NCBI RefSeq assembly: GCF_006345805.1
Contig: NC_043006.1
Coordinates: 51,088,001 to 51,152,000 of the forward strand
DNA length: 64,000 nt
From: Octopus sinensis
Taxonomy: Eukaryota
Reading direction: 5' to 3'
Shown here: positions 23,678 through 38,892 of the stretch, piece by piece
Layout: each line of letters opens with the position of its first letter
How positions within the stretch are numbered: position 1 is the first letter of the stretch
The notes under the pieces: model-generated
What the model was told of the DNA's origin: nothing
Seen by the model: only the letters and a program-made list of their open reading frames with translations
Databases searched by the model: none
Position numbers and translations under genes: made by a program

Positions 23678-25229
23678 TATACATGCGTACTTAACAGAAT
23701 CAACAGTGTTGTGTAGACGGAACCCAATAACTTATTGATAAACACGAGCTGAGTAGAAAACACTTAAACACGAAATTGCCCATTTGCAAATTATGCACAA
23801 TTTTAAAGACACCTACACGCATAAATACACACTAATAGCTGAAGACATGTTGCAGACCTACAGTCTCGCACGATTACATACACTGCAACACACGCGCGCT
23901 TGTACGTATACATTTATGCAATGCACAATAGCACGTAAATAGACACGCACACTCACTCACTCACACATAATACCGGGTATAAAATCATTATAGTTAATTA
24001 AATTAAATGCAAGCATTTTATGTCACACACACACATACGCATGCACACTCACAGGCGCGCGCGCGCACACACGTACAAAAGGTGCGCATTATTTAAGCGT
24101 GTGAAATGACAAATACAATTTCTATCACTAACTTCACTATCTGTATCAGTCATTATCAGCACCCATAAGGCGGCGAGCTGGCATACCAACCACATGGTTC
24201 CGGGTTCAGTCCCACTGCGTGGCACCTTGGGCAAGTATTTTCTACTATAGGCTCGGGCCGACCAAAGCCTTGTGAGTGGATTTGGTAGACGGAAACTGAA
24301 AGAAGCCTGTCGTATATATGTATATAGACCTGTCCATGTCCGGATTGTCCTTGCACAGAGGCCATCCTGACTCCCGTTTGCGCCGTGAACAGAGATTTAA
24401 TCTTCTCTCATCGCTCCTTACGCCATTTGGGCTCAACTCTCCTCCCCTCTTCATCTAACCTCCTCCCCTTGTCTCTCTCCCCCTCCCTCCTACTTCCTCC
24501 CACCCAACTCTCCTCTCTTGTCCCGACTCCTACTTTTCTTCACCCCTACTCTCTTTCTCTCTTCTCTCTTACTCACTTTCTCTCTTCTCTCTTTCTTTCT
24601 TACTCTCTTTCACTCTTCTCTCTTACTCTTTCACTCTCTCTTTCTTTTTTCTCTCTTACTCTCTTTCTCTCTTCTCTCTTCTCTCTAACTCTCTCTCCTC
24701 ACATACCCACCTTCCCCTTCCTCCTTCATTGTCAACCCTCCCCATAAGCCCACCCCACCCCTACACATTCCTACTCCACCTTCCATATCCTTCTCATCCC
24801 CCATCCCATCCGCCCATCCTTTCCCACACACCCTCTCCCACATACCCCACCTCTACCCTCACCCTCTGCCTACCCACAAACCCCACCTCTAACCCCACCC
24901 TCTGCCTACCCACATACCCCAACCCTCAGCCGAACCCACACCCCACCCGTGCTTTCCCCACTCTCGCCTCCCCCACTTCCCAACAACATCACACCACACT
25001 ACACCATACAGCATTACACATCACATCACAACACATCACCCACACACTAGCACTGACCAATTCCCATCCCCACATTTTCACATCTACACATACATACACG
25101 CACACGACCAGACCACCAGCCCTCTTTCACACGCACATACATTGTCTCTTATACACACACGCATCTTCGTGTTGGGGGGGGGGAATCATCTTTACTTTGT
25201 TATCTCCCCTATTTCTTCGCTCTCGTGTG

Positions 25230-25435
25230 TGACTGTCGCCATGATAGATCGTTAACCACTACACACATTTTTTCTCTCCTTGTTTCTCTCCTTATTTTTT
25301 CTGTGTCCCTTTCTGTAGAAGAGCGTAGGTTCGAAACGTAAAAGACTTTTTCTATTCCTGAGCGCTATACTAATACATCTGTTTGTTCTGTACACCACCT
25401 GTCTTCGTCTTTTGCTTTTTTAGTAAACTCTCCCT
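25230..25435 (+). mobile_element. PLE tail with hammerhead motif at 25309-25344
   Basis: CTTT-CTGTAGA-A-GAGC(GTAG)GTTC-GAAAC-GTA-AAAG. Flanking sequence is homologous to 5940-6130(-). Confidence 0.7.
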
Positions 25436-25453
25436 ATATATGTATATATATGT

Positions 25454-25712
25454 GGAGGCGCAATGGCCTAGTGGTTAGGGCAGCGGACTCGCGGTCGTAG
25501 GATCGCGGTTTCGATTCCCTTACAGCTCCACGAGGCTCCGGCAGGGGGTGGTGATCCCTGCTGTACTCTTTCACCACTCTTTCTCCCACTCTTTCTTCTG
25601 TTGGACAGCTCGCTTAGCCAGCGGGGTGGCGTCATTCGAAGGCTAAAACAATGCGAACGCATTGTGACCAGCGATGTGTAACTACATCTGATGGACTGGT
25701 CGGTCACGTGAT

Positions 25713-25720
<8 letters not shown>
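25454..25720 (+). mobile_element. tRNA-derived SINE, family D (internally deleted copy)
   Basis: Head ggcgcaatggcctagtggttagggcagcggactcgcgg...ggtttcgattccc. Longer copies at 27495-27905(+) and 31640-32074(-). Confidence 0.8.
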
Positions 25721-25779
<59 letters not shown>

Positions 25780-27494
25780 TGTGTATGTATGTGTACGTGT
25801 GTGTATATGGTTGTGTGTCTGTGCTTGCCCCTCCAACATCGCCTGACAACCGATGCTGGTGTGTTTACGTCCCGTAACTTAGCGGTTCGGCAAAAAGAGA
25901 CCAATAGAATAAGGAGTAGGCTTACAAAGAATAAGTCCTGGGGTCGATTTGCTCGACTAAAGGCGGTGCTCCAGTATGGCCACAGTCAAATGACTGAAAC
26001 AAGTGAAAGAGAGAAAAGAGTAAAGAGTACTATTGACACAGGCCTGAAACTTGGGTGAGGAGACTAGTTGGTTACATTGACCTCAGTGCTCAACTGGCAC
26101 CTATTTCTTCGGCCCTGAAAGGATGAAAGGCAATTTGAACTCAGGACGTAATGAGTCGGAATAAATACCTATTTCTTTACTACCCACAAGGGGCTAAACA
26201 CAGAGAGGACAAACAAGGACAGACAAACGGATTAAGTCGATTACATCGACCCCCAGTGCATAACTGGTACTTAATTTATCGACCCCGAAAGGATGAAAGG
26301 CAAAGTCGACCTCGGCGGAATTTGAACTCAGAACGTAACGGCAGACGAAATACGGCTACGCATTTCGCCCGGCGTGCTAACGATTCTGCCAGCTCGCCGG
26401 AATATACCATCAAACATTTTTTTCGACGCATTCACGATCTGCCAGCTCACCGCCTTTCTACTACTGGTACAAGGTCTGAAATTTTGAGGAAGAGGGTTAA
26501 CTGATTACATCAACTGGTAATTATTTCTTTGACCCAGAAAGAAGGAAAGACAAAGTCAACTTTGACGGAATTTGAACCCAGAACATAAAGGGCCAGAAGA
26601 AATGCCAATAATATAGGTACATGGGCTGACAATTAGGTGGAGAGATTCTAGTCGATTATATCGGCCCCAGTACCCACTTGGTGCCTATTTTATCGACCCC
26701 GAAACTATGAAAGGCGAAGTCGCACTCAAAAAGTAAAAGAGTCGCTAACTTTAGTGTATTTTCGTTTTAGCTATGCGTCTGTGTGCGTGTGTGTGGAGAT
26801 ATATATTTATGTACATATTTTATCGCCTGCTATCTCTAAGAAACATTCGACTATAGCGCAATCTTTACATTCTCAGCTTATGTTCCGTTTGAGTTTAGCT
26901 CTTCTTCCGGAGTCGCTGAAACAAAATATACCCGACAAATGTTGGAATCAGTTGAATCGACGGCAGTCTTAGTCAAAACTTGTGTGACCCGACGTAAAAC
27001 TATCACCGTTTTCTTTCCTTTATTTATTTATTAATATTTCTAGGTAATGTTCCTTTTATACGTTGCTCTAATGGCATTTTTTAAACCATCATCATCATTA
27101 TCATGAACATCATTGTCGCCGTTGTTATTTTTATTTACTGCTGTGGATGACTGTATTTTGGAAGATCTGTGTGTTTGTGTCTCGTTTTCCTTTCCAGATA
27201 GTTCTATTTGATAATTTTATTGTTTTATCTTGTCTTATCAAACCGACCAGAACCGTAAGCGACTGGCCAGTTCTTTCTCGTTCCACGAAGCAAAATTTTT
27301 GAAGAAAGATAAATTTTTCAAATCAATGAATATTCAAAATAGCTTTCACATTTACTTCCTTGACAGTCGACCAGCAAGAAGAGGAAAAGATAGTTTTGAA
27401 AGTGGAACTGTCAATACCTTATACCTCACAACGCCACAATGATAATAGTAACCAATAACAGTACTAGCATAATCAGTGGCAACAACAACGGGGA

Positions 27495-27905
27495 AGGCGC
27501 AATGGCCCAGTGGTTAGGGTAGCGGCGGACTCGCGGTTTCGATTCCCAGACCGGGCATTGTGAGTGTTTATTGAGCAAAAACTCCTAAACTTCACGCGGC
27601 TCCAGCGGGGGGGGGGGTGAAACCGCTATACTCTTTCACCACAACTTTCTCTCGATCTTTCTTCCTACTTCTGCCACAAAGCAGAGGAACCATGGTGTAA
27701 CCCACTATGGTATGGTAAACTTTCAGACCCTAGTCTAGATTGCAAATCCTCTGTACCCCAGGATGGTTCAGCTCTCTACCCGTTAAAAGCCACCGTTTAT
27801 GGAATGAGGATAACAACGTAGCTTTCGCGCCCGTGCAACCGCCAGTCTATCGCGTGTGGTGAGTGGATCTTCAAGTTGCCACATGCATTCTTTGTAGCTT
27901 AGAGT
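27495..27905 (+). mobile_element. tRNA-derived SINE, family D
   Basis: tRNA-like head plus a body that is the reverse complement of 31640-32074. Confidence 0.8.
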
Positions 27906-28229
27906 AGGCTCGAATTGGAGATTATTCCTTGTGGCTAACAGCGGAAACAACAGCAGTAACTACAACACCAACATCACCAGCACCAGAGTTCAACTTCAGT
28001 AGCAGTGATTGCAGCATCTACAGCAACAATAGTAACAACATCAACAGTGAAAGCAACAGCAGAAAAAACAAAAGACGTGCTGCCCTCAAAGGATGCGACA
28101 TCAAAAATAATAGAAAGCTCCCAAAAACAACCACAGCAAACAACAGAACAAACTCCCTCAAAACGTGCCTGTTCACGCCTTATTCCACTCAGACATGTCG
28201 TGTTGCGAAGCTGACGAGTTATACGCTAA

Positions 28230-29650
28230 ATGGCAAAAATCTCAGACGCTTCTAACTGTTTGAGAAGTATCAACTGAATTTCCCGAATGTACAACTGTGG
28301 AATGGACAGACCACATCGGATAATCCAAATCAAATCTAAATCGAGTATTCTGTAAGCTAGGCAACCTAGAAGTGGTTTGTAGGCAGGAACCCAATTACTA
28401 GAATCTGAATGCATCGTTCCAAGAGCACCAAGCTTGCAGAGATCAAATTACCAAGTTAGTTAAGCGGGTGTTGACGGAAGTAATCGTCAACAAAAAAAAT
28501 GGCGGCTTGCTCTGAAAAGGGCGATTAGAGAAGAATTAACAAGGTTTACTAAGAAAGTCACAATAGAGAAAGCTAGACTAGAAGGAAACTTAGAAGAGGT
28601 CAATACCCTCTACCGCAATACCTCAAAGACCTTGCGACCGACATGCTTACGGTGAGATTGGCCCTTGACCAATTCTTCAACGAAGACTGCGTTGTTAAAG
28701 CTATGATGCGTTCTCTAAGACACAAAGGAACGAAAGCTGCTTGATCAGCCTAAGTGACAGAGATCCAACGTATCAATAAAATCTCAATTTGGTGTTTGAA
28801 GGACCATATGAGTGCATGTTTCTGGATCTCAAGCATATGTATGCGGCGTTTCAGTAGCACTTTGCTCAACTGTTCGAAGCGAGTAGTGGACCAGATCGCA
28901 GGATGGATTTTACTGCCTACCATGATGACCTGCCACTATTCTTGGGAATAGAGATGGGGAATGGTGGAAAGTCAATAGCAGCCACTGGAATACAAGAAGC
29001 AATGGTTAACTCATGAGGACAAATCGCTTGATTTGAATGGTCTACCCTACAAGTTTTGTGTTTATGTCAGACATGCTCGGCAGCTTCTTGGAACATGTCT
29101 TTTGCAACTGACAGCAGAATGCGAGAATCACCGCTTCTGTGAATTAAGGAACGATAGCGCTTGTGAGAAATGACTCGAGCTGTGGGGATTATACTTTTTT
29201 TTTTTTTTTTTTGCTCATAACTCTGTTAAAAGCATATGCTAAGGTTATAGCAGAAAGTTTGCGCTTGTCGTCAGTTGCTTGATTGGTAATGTCATTCCGA
29301 ACATATCTACCCACGTCAACCTCCACCTCATGCGATACATCATAGAGAGACAGGCAAAGAGCCTAGTATAAGTAGGGTCTTGATCAGCTTTGATTAGTGG
29401 GAAGCCTTCATAGCAGTAAACTCTGCAGGCACGGAAGCGTTATCAGAACAACCTGACCGAGACGCGTGCAGGGCAATCAAACCATTTTGCAGGCCTTCGT
29501 CCAATGCCACCCAGAACATTACTAACATGTAGAGTTATACCGAACACCAGCTGCAACGTGTAAGACGGGTCCGGCTATCAGCTGAGTATTTTTGTTTAAA
29601 TCGTCTCACCGTTTTCCTTTAGCCGGGAAGAGCCGACAGTCTTTATCTAT
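28230..29650 (+). mobile_element. Highly decayed L1/Tx1-clade ORF2 fragment
   Basis: LKRAIREELTRFTKK...ARLEGNLEE; KSLDLNGLPYKF (KSPGLDGLP motif); NLHLMRYII...LISFD*WEAF (LDQEKAFD motif). Confidence 0.7.
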
Positions 29651-30750
29651 CTGGTGCTTTTGGCGAAAGAGATTGTATAGTGGACGAGACTAAAAGGTCT
29701 AAAGAAAGACACCGTACTCTTTGACCGAGCCTTCATCAACTTTCACAGGTTACACGTAAAAAGGAGAATGGGGATAGAGAGAGAAGTGCTGCTTTGCATC
29801 AAATATTTTGAAAGCAGTTCAGAGTGGCGAGCATGGTTCGAGTGAACAAGCATGCTCTGAGCATGCTTCTGTAAACTGGAGAGAGAGACGACTGAGAGAA
29901 GACATTTGTCTTAGTGGTCAAAGTGACATTGGGGAGTTTTCTTACTCTTTTTTTTTTTTTGTGAGGTTTTCGCATATAGCCTTTGGAAGTCTCCTACTAT
30001 CACCAATGGAAGAGTTTTGCATGTTAAAATGTTATTGTAACCAAATTTGCTTCTGTTAATATTTTCGTTACATGTAAAACCCCTGCTTGGTGGCATTTCG
30101 TACGTTTTTACATTCTAAGTTCAAATTCTGCTGGGGTCGACTTTGTCTTTCACCCTTTCGGGATCGATAAATAAAGTACCAGTGAAACACTGGAGTCGAT
30201 GTAATCGACTAGCGCCCTCCCCCAAAATTTCAGGCCTTGTGCCTATAGTAAAAAGGACTATCATTATTATTATTATTATTATTTTTATTGTTGTTGTTGT
30301 TGTTGTTGTTGTTATTATGAGGGCAGCGAACTGGACGAATCGTTAGCACGCGGGGGAAATGTTTAGCGGTACTTCGTCTGTCTTTACGTTCTGAGTTCAA
30401 ACTCCACGGCGGTCGATTTTACCTTTCATCCTTTCGGGGTCGATAAATTAAGTACCAGTGAAACACTGGGGTCGACGTAATCGACTAGCCCCCTCCCCCA
30501 AAATTTCAGGCCTTATGCCTATAGTAGAAAGGATTATTATTTTGGTTTGGTTCAGGTTCGGTCTTATTCCTGATAAGTTCTCACTTCAAATTCCGCCAAG
30601 GTCGATTTTGCCTTTCCTCCTATCGGGGTCGATAAATTAAGTATCAGTTGCGTACTGAGGTCGATCTAATCAACTGGCTCTCCTCCCCACAAATTTCAGG
30701 CCTTGTGCTTAGTGTAGAAAGGATTATTATCATCATCATCATCATCATCA

Positions 30751-30794
<44 letters not shown>

Positions 30795-30797
<3 letters not shown>

Positions 30798-31360
30798 GCG
30801 TGAAAGAGCAGCGCATGCCATCAAAGTGATATTGGGTTACAAACATACGAAGCCCAATATACCCATCATGGCTACCCGTCTAATAAGGGTGCTACAGGAA
30901 CATACATCACAACAATATGTGCGCGTGACATGGTGACCTCATATCAGGATAAACAGCTCATGACCTTGCAGATGGGCCCCAGTCAGAAATTTCTACAGGT
31001 CGAGTAACCCATCCCGCTCAAAAAGTTTCTGAATAAGGGTTGTTTAAGAATGATAAAAAAAAAAAAACACGCATGTTTCCATGGGTAAATTATTCAAATC
31101 CTGAAGTATTCCTCTCAATACATAGCTCCGATTCTCCCCTACCACTCCTGCTTGTGATCACTGAGGCACATATCGTCAGCCATTAAGGGACAAGCTCAAC
31201 TGGTTATGGTCAACAACTGACAAGCAAATCTGCGGTATTGAGCAGAATATTTGCAGTAGCCCATCTTTCACACCAAACAGAAGCTATGAGAGTCACTGCC
31301 TCGTACTTCATTAGGTTATTTGGTACTCTATCGGGGTACATTACCGCATCAAGGCATATT
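30795..31360 (-). mobile_element. Family E (TAA)n-associated element
   Basis: Homologous to 14125-14670 and 49375-49932. Adjoins (TTA)n at 30750-30797. Confidence 0.8.
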
Positions 31361-31639
31361 CCGATTGTTGTTATTGTTGTTGTTGTTGTTAAGGCGGCAA
31401 GCTGGCAGAATCGTTAGCACGCCGGGCAAAATACTTAATGGCATTTCGCCCGTCTTTATGTTCTGAGTTCAAATACCACCGAGACCGTCTTGCCTTTAAT
31501 CCTTTCGGGGTCGATAAAACAACTATCAGTTAAACGCTGGGGACGATAAAACAAGTATCAGTTGAACTTTGGGGTCGACGTAATCGACATAGACCCTCCC
31601 ACCTAATTTCCAATCAGGACTCACGCCATTAGCCACAAA

Positions 31640-32074
31640 GAATAATCTCTAATTCGAGCCTACTCTCAGCTACTAAAGAATGCATGTGGCAACTTAAAGA
31701 TCCACCCGCCACACGCGATAGACTGGCAGTTGCACGGGCGCGAAAGCTACGTAAACGGTGGTTTTTAACGAATGGAGAGCTGAACCATCCTGGGGTACAG
31801 AGGATTTGCAATCTAGACTAGGGTCTGAAAGTTTTACCATACCAAAGTGGGTTACACCATGGTTCCTCTGCTTTGTGGCAGAAGTAGGAAGAAAGAGTGA
31901 GGGAAAGTTGTGGTGAAAGTGTACAGCGGGGTTCACCACCACCCCTCGCTGGAGCCTCGTAGAGATTAGGTGTTTTTGCTCAATAAACACTCACAATGCC
32001 CAGTCTAGGAATCGAAACCGCGTTCTTACGACCGCGAGTCCGCTGCCCTAACCACTGGCCCATTGCACCTCCAC
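31640..32074 (-). mobile_element. tRNA-derived SINE, family D
   Basis: Reverse complement of 27495-27905, including the head. Confidence 0.8.
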
Positions 32075-32559
32075 TTCTGCTGCTGTTCTTATTAAGACGG
32101 CGAGCAATCAGTAACGTTATCGTCATTTCGTCAGTCTTTACATTTTGAGTTCAAATTCCGCCGCAGTCGACTTTACTTTTCATCCTTTCAGGGTTGATGC
32201 CATAAGTACCAGTTGAACACTGGGGTCGATGCACTCGACTAGCCCCAACTCCAAATTTCAGGTTTTGTGCCTTTAATAGAAAATATAATTGTTATTATTG
32301 GCAGAATCGATAGAGTGTCTGAAATTTAAAAAATGTCTTACAGTGTTTGTTTTGGCTCATTACGTTCTGAAATCAGTTACGTCGAGGTCAACTTTACCTT
32401 TCACCTCTCCTGGCTCGAGGGAATATATCTCTAGTCAAGAACTGGGGTTGTCAGTTTCGATATACAACCTCATCTCAAAAATGTTGGCCTTGGGCCTATA
32501 TCAAAAACCATATTTATAAATAATGTTGTTGTTTATTAAGTAGCAGTAGCTGCATTAGT

Positions 32560-33200
32560 ATTCACAATAATAGCAGCGGCCAAGTAAGCAGCGACATCTG
32601 CGTGGCAGCGAGAGTAGTGAAAGTAGTAGTAGTAGTAGTAGTAGTAGTATGCCAAGTCGTAGAGGGCAAGAGGGAAAATTGAAAATAAGAAGAGTTAGAA
32701 GACGAATTTGAAGAGGACAATGATGACGGCGATGATGTTGATGACGATTTTGATGATCATGGTGTTGGTGATGATGATTGTGGTGGTGGTGATGATGATT
32801 ATGGTCGTGATGATGATGATAATGATGACTACTGTCATGAAGAAGATAGCCAAAGAAGAAAAAGAACGAACGAACGAAGAAGAACGAGACGAAGAAGATG
32901 AAGAAGAAGATGAAGAAGAAGATGAAGAAGAAGAAGAAGAAGAAGAAGAAGAAGAAGAAGAAGAAGAAGAAGAAGAAAGAAGAAGAAGAAGAAGAAGAAG
33001 GAGAAGAAGAAGAAGAAGAAGAAGAAGAAGAAGAAGAAGAAGAAGAAGACTGGGGCAATGAAAAAAAGAAAGAGAAAGACAACAATGAGGAAGACGACAA
33101 AAAAGAGGAAAGTGAGGACAGAGGGGAGGAAGTGGAAGTAGATGAGAAAGATGAAAAACAAGAAAAGGAAAGAGAACAAGAGAAACATGTTAAGCGATAG
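32560..33200. repeat. Compound trinucleotide tract (TAG/GAT/GAA)n
   Basis: A long (GAA)n core at about 32860-33050 produces the poly-E, poly-K and poly-R pseudo-ORFs. Confidence 0.95.
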
Positions 33201-33743
33201 TGACATGGAGCGGTGTATATATTTATACATATATACACACACACACACATATATATATATATAGCCACATGATACACACACACACATACACACGCACGCA
33301 CACATATATATGAGTGAACCGAACATGAAACGAAAGCAAAATCTAGGACAGATCTAACACTTCTCATACATTTCTGTTACTCATCATTGCATATTCATGT
33401 GTGTGTGTGTGTATGTGCATGCGTGCGAGTGTGTATATGTGTGAGTGTGTGCCTATGTGTGTGTGTAATGTGCGTGCAAGGATGTGTGTGTATCTGTATA
33501 CATCCATCTTTCTATCTGTCTGTTTATCAAATCGTAAGACCGTCAAGGTAGACAGCTATATCATTTTGTTTCTATATATCTGGCTTTCTTACGGTATTTT
33601 CCATCTTTCTGTCTATCCTAGCAAGCTATTTTAGCTAGCTAGCTCAAATGTTATGTATAGGTAGCTAGATAGTCTTGTTAATGAGCAAGTTAACTAACAA
33701 GTAAGCTATCCATACATCTAAAGAGATAAGGTAGATAGGTAGG

Positions 33744-33829
<86 letters not shown>

Positions 33830-34840
33830 TGCATTCACGCATACATGCATACATACATACATATGCATCTGTATAGGTATGTAATGAGAATGTTAATAGG
33901 TATATGGATAGCAAAATTTTTAACTCACTTAAATATGTGTACACATACACATACATATGTATATAGATATATAAACACAGACGCGCGCACGCATGCATAC
34001 ACACACATAGATACATACAGAATTATGTTTATGTAGCACATATACGAATGTATGTATATATATATACATACATACACACACACACGCAGACACATAGACA
34101 TACTCCTGTGTGTATGTGCATATATATACATATATATATATATACACACACTCCTTTGTATATTCCCTCTTCTCAATTCTCTTCCTCTACCCCTCTATCC
34201 CTTTCTTTCTCTCCGTCTATCTTCTCTCCCCTCGCCTGTACATGTCCCCCACACACAAACGCGCACTCCCCAGTGCCATTATTTCTTTTCACCTCACAAG
34301 CCCATCTGTCTGTCTACCTTTACATATTTACATGTTTATTTTACTGCCTTACCTCACCAAAGCCCGTCTAACCTATCCTATCGCCTTTGTACATACGTTA
34401 CCATTTTTGTAGACAAAGCTTAGTGTATATATATATATGCATGCATGCATTTACGAGTGTATATATGTATGAATGTGTGTATGAGAATGAGGATGTTGGT
34501 AGAGGTGTGGATGGTGATGATGGAGTGACAGAATACCCACTCCACCGTACCCTACATCAGACAGCTCACAGACGAATTTGCTTTTATTTCTGAAGTTCCA
34601 CACAGCAGAAATATTTTCACTGACAAAACTAAGTTTACAACAAACTGCCTAATTCCATTGGTTGTTAGTTTTGGTTGTTGTTGTTGTTGTTGTTGCTGCT
34701 GTTGTTCTTCACCCCCACCACCTTGTTTTCTCGCTTTGTTTCTCTCTATCTACATATTGCTTCTCTATTCAAGTTGAATATCTATAGAAATACATTCCCT
34801 CCATCTCTATCTCTTTACCTACCAATTCACCTATCTCCCA

Positions 34841-34882
<42 letters not shown>

Positions 34883-34940
34883 ATTTAGTTTAATCCATAA
34901 GTGTGAGACTAAGTATATTTTGTTCTGCCCAAAGACCTGA

Positions 34941-35009
<69 letters not shown>

Positions 35010-35102
35010 TATATATTCACACACATTTATATACATATATATGCATATATATACATATATTATACATTATTTTACATATATACATATATATATGTATGTG
35101 TG

Positions 35103-35160
<58 letters not shown>

Positions 35161-35418
35161 TATAGATAGATAGATAGATTATTTTCGTATTATATTATAT
35201 TAAAAATGTAGAATATTAACTAAAATTGAAGCAAGCAATCTACACAGGTATAGAAAGTTTTCATGCTGAATTTCAATTTCAGTAAATAAATAAATAAATA
35301 TTAACTGCACACACACACACACACACACACATTCATATCCTCTCTCTAGTGATCTGTTTAGCTAACTAGGTTTATATACCCCTACCTCTTTATAAATGTG
35401 TGTGTGTGTGTGAAAGTG

Positions 35419-35454
<36 letters not shown>

Positions 35455-35456
<2 letters not shown>

Positions 35457-35865
35457 CTGTGTGATAAGACGCTTGCTTCCCAACCACATGGTTCTGGGTT
35501 CAGCCACACTGTGTGGCACCTTGGGTAAATGTCTTCTACTATAGCCTCAGGCCGACAAATGCCTTGTGAATGAATTTGGTAGACGGAAACTGAAAGAAGC
35601 CTGTCATATATATCATATATATATATATATATATATATCTGTATATATTTATGTGTGTGTCTTTGTGTCTGTTTGTCCCCCTTACCATCACTTGATAACC
35701 GATACTGGTGTGTTTATGTCCCCGTGACTTAGCAGCTCAGCAAAACAGACTGATAGAATAAATACCAGGCTTACAAAAGAATAAGTCCTGGGGTCGAATT
35801 TCTTTGACTAAAAGGTGATGCTCCAGCATGGCTGCAGTCAAATGACTCTGAAACAAATAAAATAA
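35455..35865 (+). mobile_element. SINE family B, full length, with internal (TA)n
   Basis: catggttctgggttcag...gccttgtga...ggtagacggaaactgaaagaag...gctccagcatggc..cagtcaaatgact. Other copies at 24170-24320, 25790-26015, 41940-42403(-), 59340-59716(-) and 61610-61840. Confidence 0.85.
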
Positions 35866-36439
35866 TATATATATATATCAATCTGCTTGTTCATTTCTAT
35901 ATATCTATTTACCTACCTACCAATATACCTATATCCTTCATTTTCTTCTCTCTTAAAAGATATTCTGTTGTTTTCTGCTCAAGATAGTTTAAATGTTAAA
36001 TTTTCCACCACCATCATCATCATATTCACTGCATTCATCATTCTTAGAAACAGCAACAAAGTCTACATCAATCACATAATAACAGCAAGTAACTAACAAT
36101 AAACACACACAAAAAAAAAAACAAAGAACGCAAAGAAGAGCAGCCACAACAATAAAAACAGCAACAACTATAACAACAACAACACTAAGAATAACAAAAG
36201 AGAAAGACATCTAATTGTGGGACTGAAGCAACAAATAAATATTTGAGAACGGGGAAGAAATAGAAGAAGGGTAGGAGTGGGAGGAGAAGTTTGAGGAGGA
36301 AAGAAAGAGAGAGTAAAAATAGGGGTTGTGGAATTCTTTGAAATAGTGAAGAAAAAGTCTGGAAACATTAAGCCTGTGTGAGTTAGCAGTTCGTCCAAGA
36401 GTTACAAAATGGTAAGTCAGTTATGTTTGTATACACATT

Positions 36440-36477
36440 GCATGCACATATACCTACCTACATATATACCTACATAC

Positions 36478-36530
<53 letters not shown>

Positions 36531-36552
36531 ATATACATACATACATACATAT

Positions 36553-36588
<36 letters not shown>

Positions 36589-36792
36589 CTTTATATACTA
36601 CATCATATATATATATATCGTTATATATATTTATAATATATATATATCGTATATATATTTATAAATATTATATATAGAAATATATGTATGTATATATATA
36701 GCTTTATATATATTTATACATCATTATATATATATATATATATATCTATATATATATATATATAATATATGTCTGTGTATATATATATGTGT

Positions 36793-36847
<55 letters not shown>

Positions 36848-37069
36848 ATATTTTCCTGGTATCCTGAATACTTTTGTGCAAAGTGATTAACAAGAGTGCT
36901 GAATAAAAATTCAAACAGAATCAAGTGTAAAGAAGCAGAACATGAAAGCATATAAAGATACAATAATACAATTAGTACAATAAAATCCACCTATTTATTA
37001 ATTTATTGAAATAACTTGAAATGCACACACACACATATCTAGATATAGATACATATATACTATATAAAT

Positions 37070-37157
<88 letters not shown>

Positions 37158-37573
37158 TCACACACACACTTATCTACATACATATACATACAGAAACGTG
37201 CACACATATACATATATGTATACATATATACATACACCACACACACACATGTGCACACACATGTTTACTAGGAGATAGATATACAAATATGTGTGTGTGT
37301 GTGTGTAAGCATTTGACTATATTTGTATGTACCTATATATATAACTGTGTAACTTATATATGTGTATATGTATGTGTGTATTTCATTTAATATATAAGTA
37401 TATACACATGTATTGATACATGCATATATACACACATACATATATATATACATACATACATATATATATATGTACATATTATATATATATATGTGTGTAT
37501 GTGTATATATATATATATCTATATATATATATATCGTATATATATTTATAAATATTATATATAGAAATATATG

Positions 37574-37608
<35 letters not shown>

Positions 37609-37900
37609 TATATAAAATATGTACATATATATATAAGTATGTATGTATATATGCATGTATGAACACAGGTGTATACATATCATGTACATGCATACACATA
37701 TGTACATATATACATATACACATGCATATATACCCATACATATATATATACATACACACACATATTTACATACATATATACACACACAGACATACATGTA
37801 CATACACAGATGAATTTACATGTATGATATATAAGCATATTTATATATGTATATGTGTATTATACAATATTATACATTATACATTAAATCTACATCATGG
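36440..37900. repeat. About 1.5-kb degenerate (AT)/(AC) microsatellite field
   Basis: Almost entirely TA/CA/TG dinucleotides. Source of many spurious Y/I/H/T-rich ORFs. Confidence 0.95.
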
Positions 37901-38282
37901 ATGAGTCATGTTAACCTCATGATAACTGTTATATTCACTTTTGTATATTTCTTTACTGTATCATATACAATAACATGTCAAAAAAAACTTTTCGCCATGC
38001 ACCTGTGAGCTAATCACTAAGACAATTCAATCATATTGTTCAAAATTATGTATTATACATGAATTTTTATTACAGTTATTATACACCCCAGTTCTTTTCC
38101 TTGTTCCTTGAGGACACTACCGCCCTTTTGAATTTTGTGCATACCATTTATATTTTCATTCATCCTGTTTTTGATATAAACCCCCAACACATCTTGTGTT
38201 GCGGGGGGGGGGGTCTATGTAAAGTTTACTCAGCATCATCATCACCATCATCATCATATTATTATAACTACTATTATTGTTA

Positions 38283-38326
<44 letters not shown>

Positions 38327-38861
38327 GATAAGGTAGTGAGCTGGCAGAATTGTTAGCATACCAGGCAAAATGCTTAGCGGCATTTGGTCCGTCCTTACAT
38401 TCTGAGTTCAAATTCCGCCAAGGTCAACTTTGCCTTTCATCCTTTCTGGATTGATGAAATAAGTACCAGTTATGCACTGGGGATCGATGTAATTAACTTG
38501 CTCCCTCCCCCAACATTTCCGGTCTTGTGCCTATAGTAGAAAGGATTATTATTGCTGTAGTAGTAGTATAGTAGTAGTAGTAGTAGTAGTAGCTGTTGTT
38601 GTTGTTGTTGCTGCTGCTGCTACTGCTGATGCTGTTAGGCCACGAGCTGACAGAATTGTGAGCACATCGGACAAAATGCTTAGTTGTATTTCTTCCGGCT
38701 CTTTTGAGATCAAATTCCGCCTTGTTAACTTTGCCTTTCATTCTTACCCAGTCTATAAAATAAAGTATTTGTCAAGTACTGGAAATGATGTTAACGACCA
38801 GCACCCAGCCCTGCCTAGACAGAAGTTTTAGTTCCCGTGCCTAAAGCAGAAAAGTTTATTA

Positions 38862-38892
<31 letters not shown>

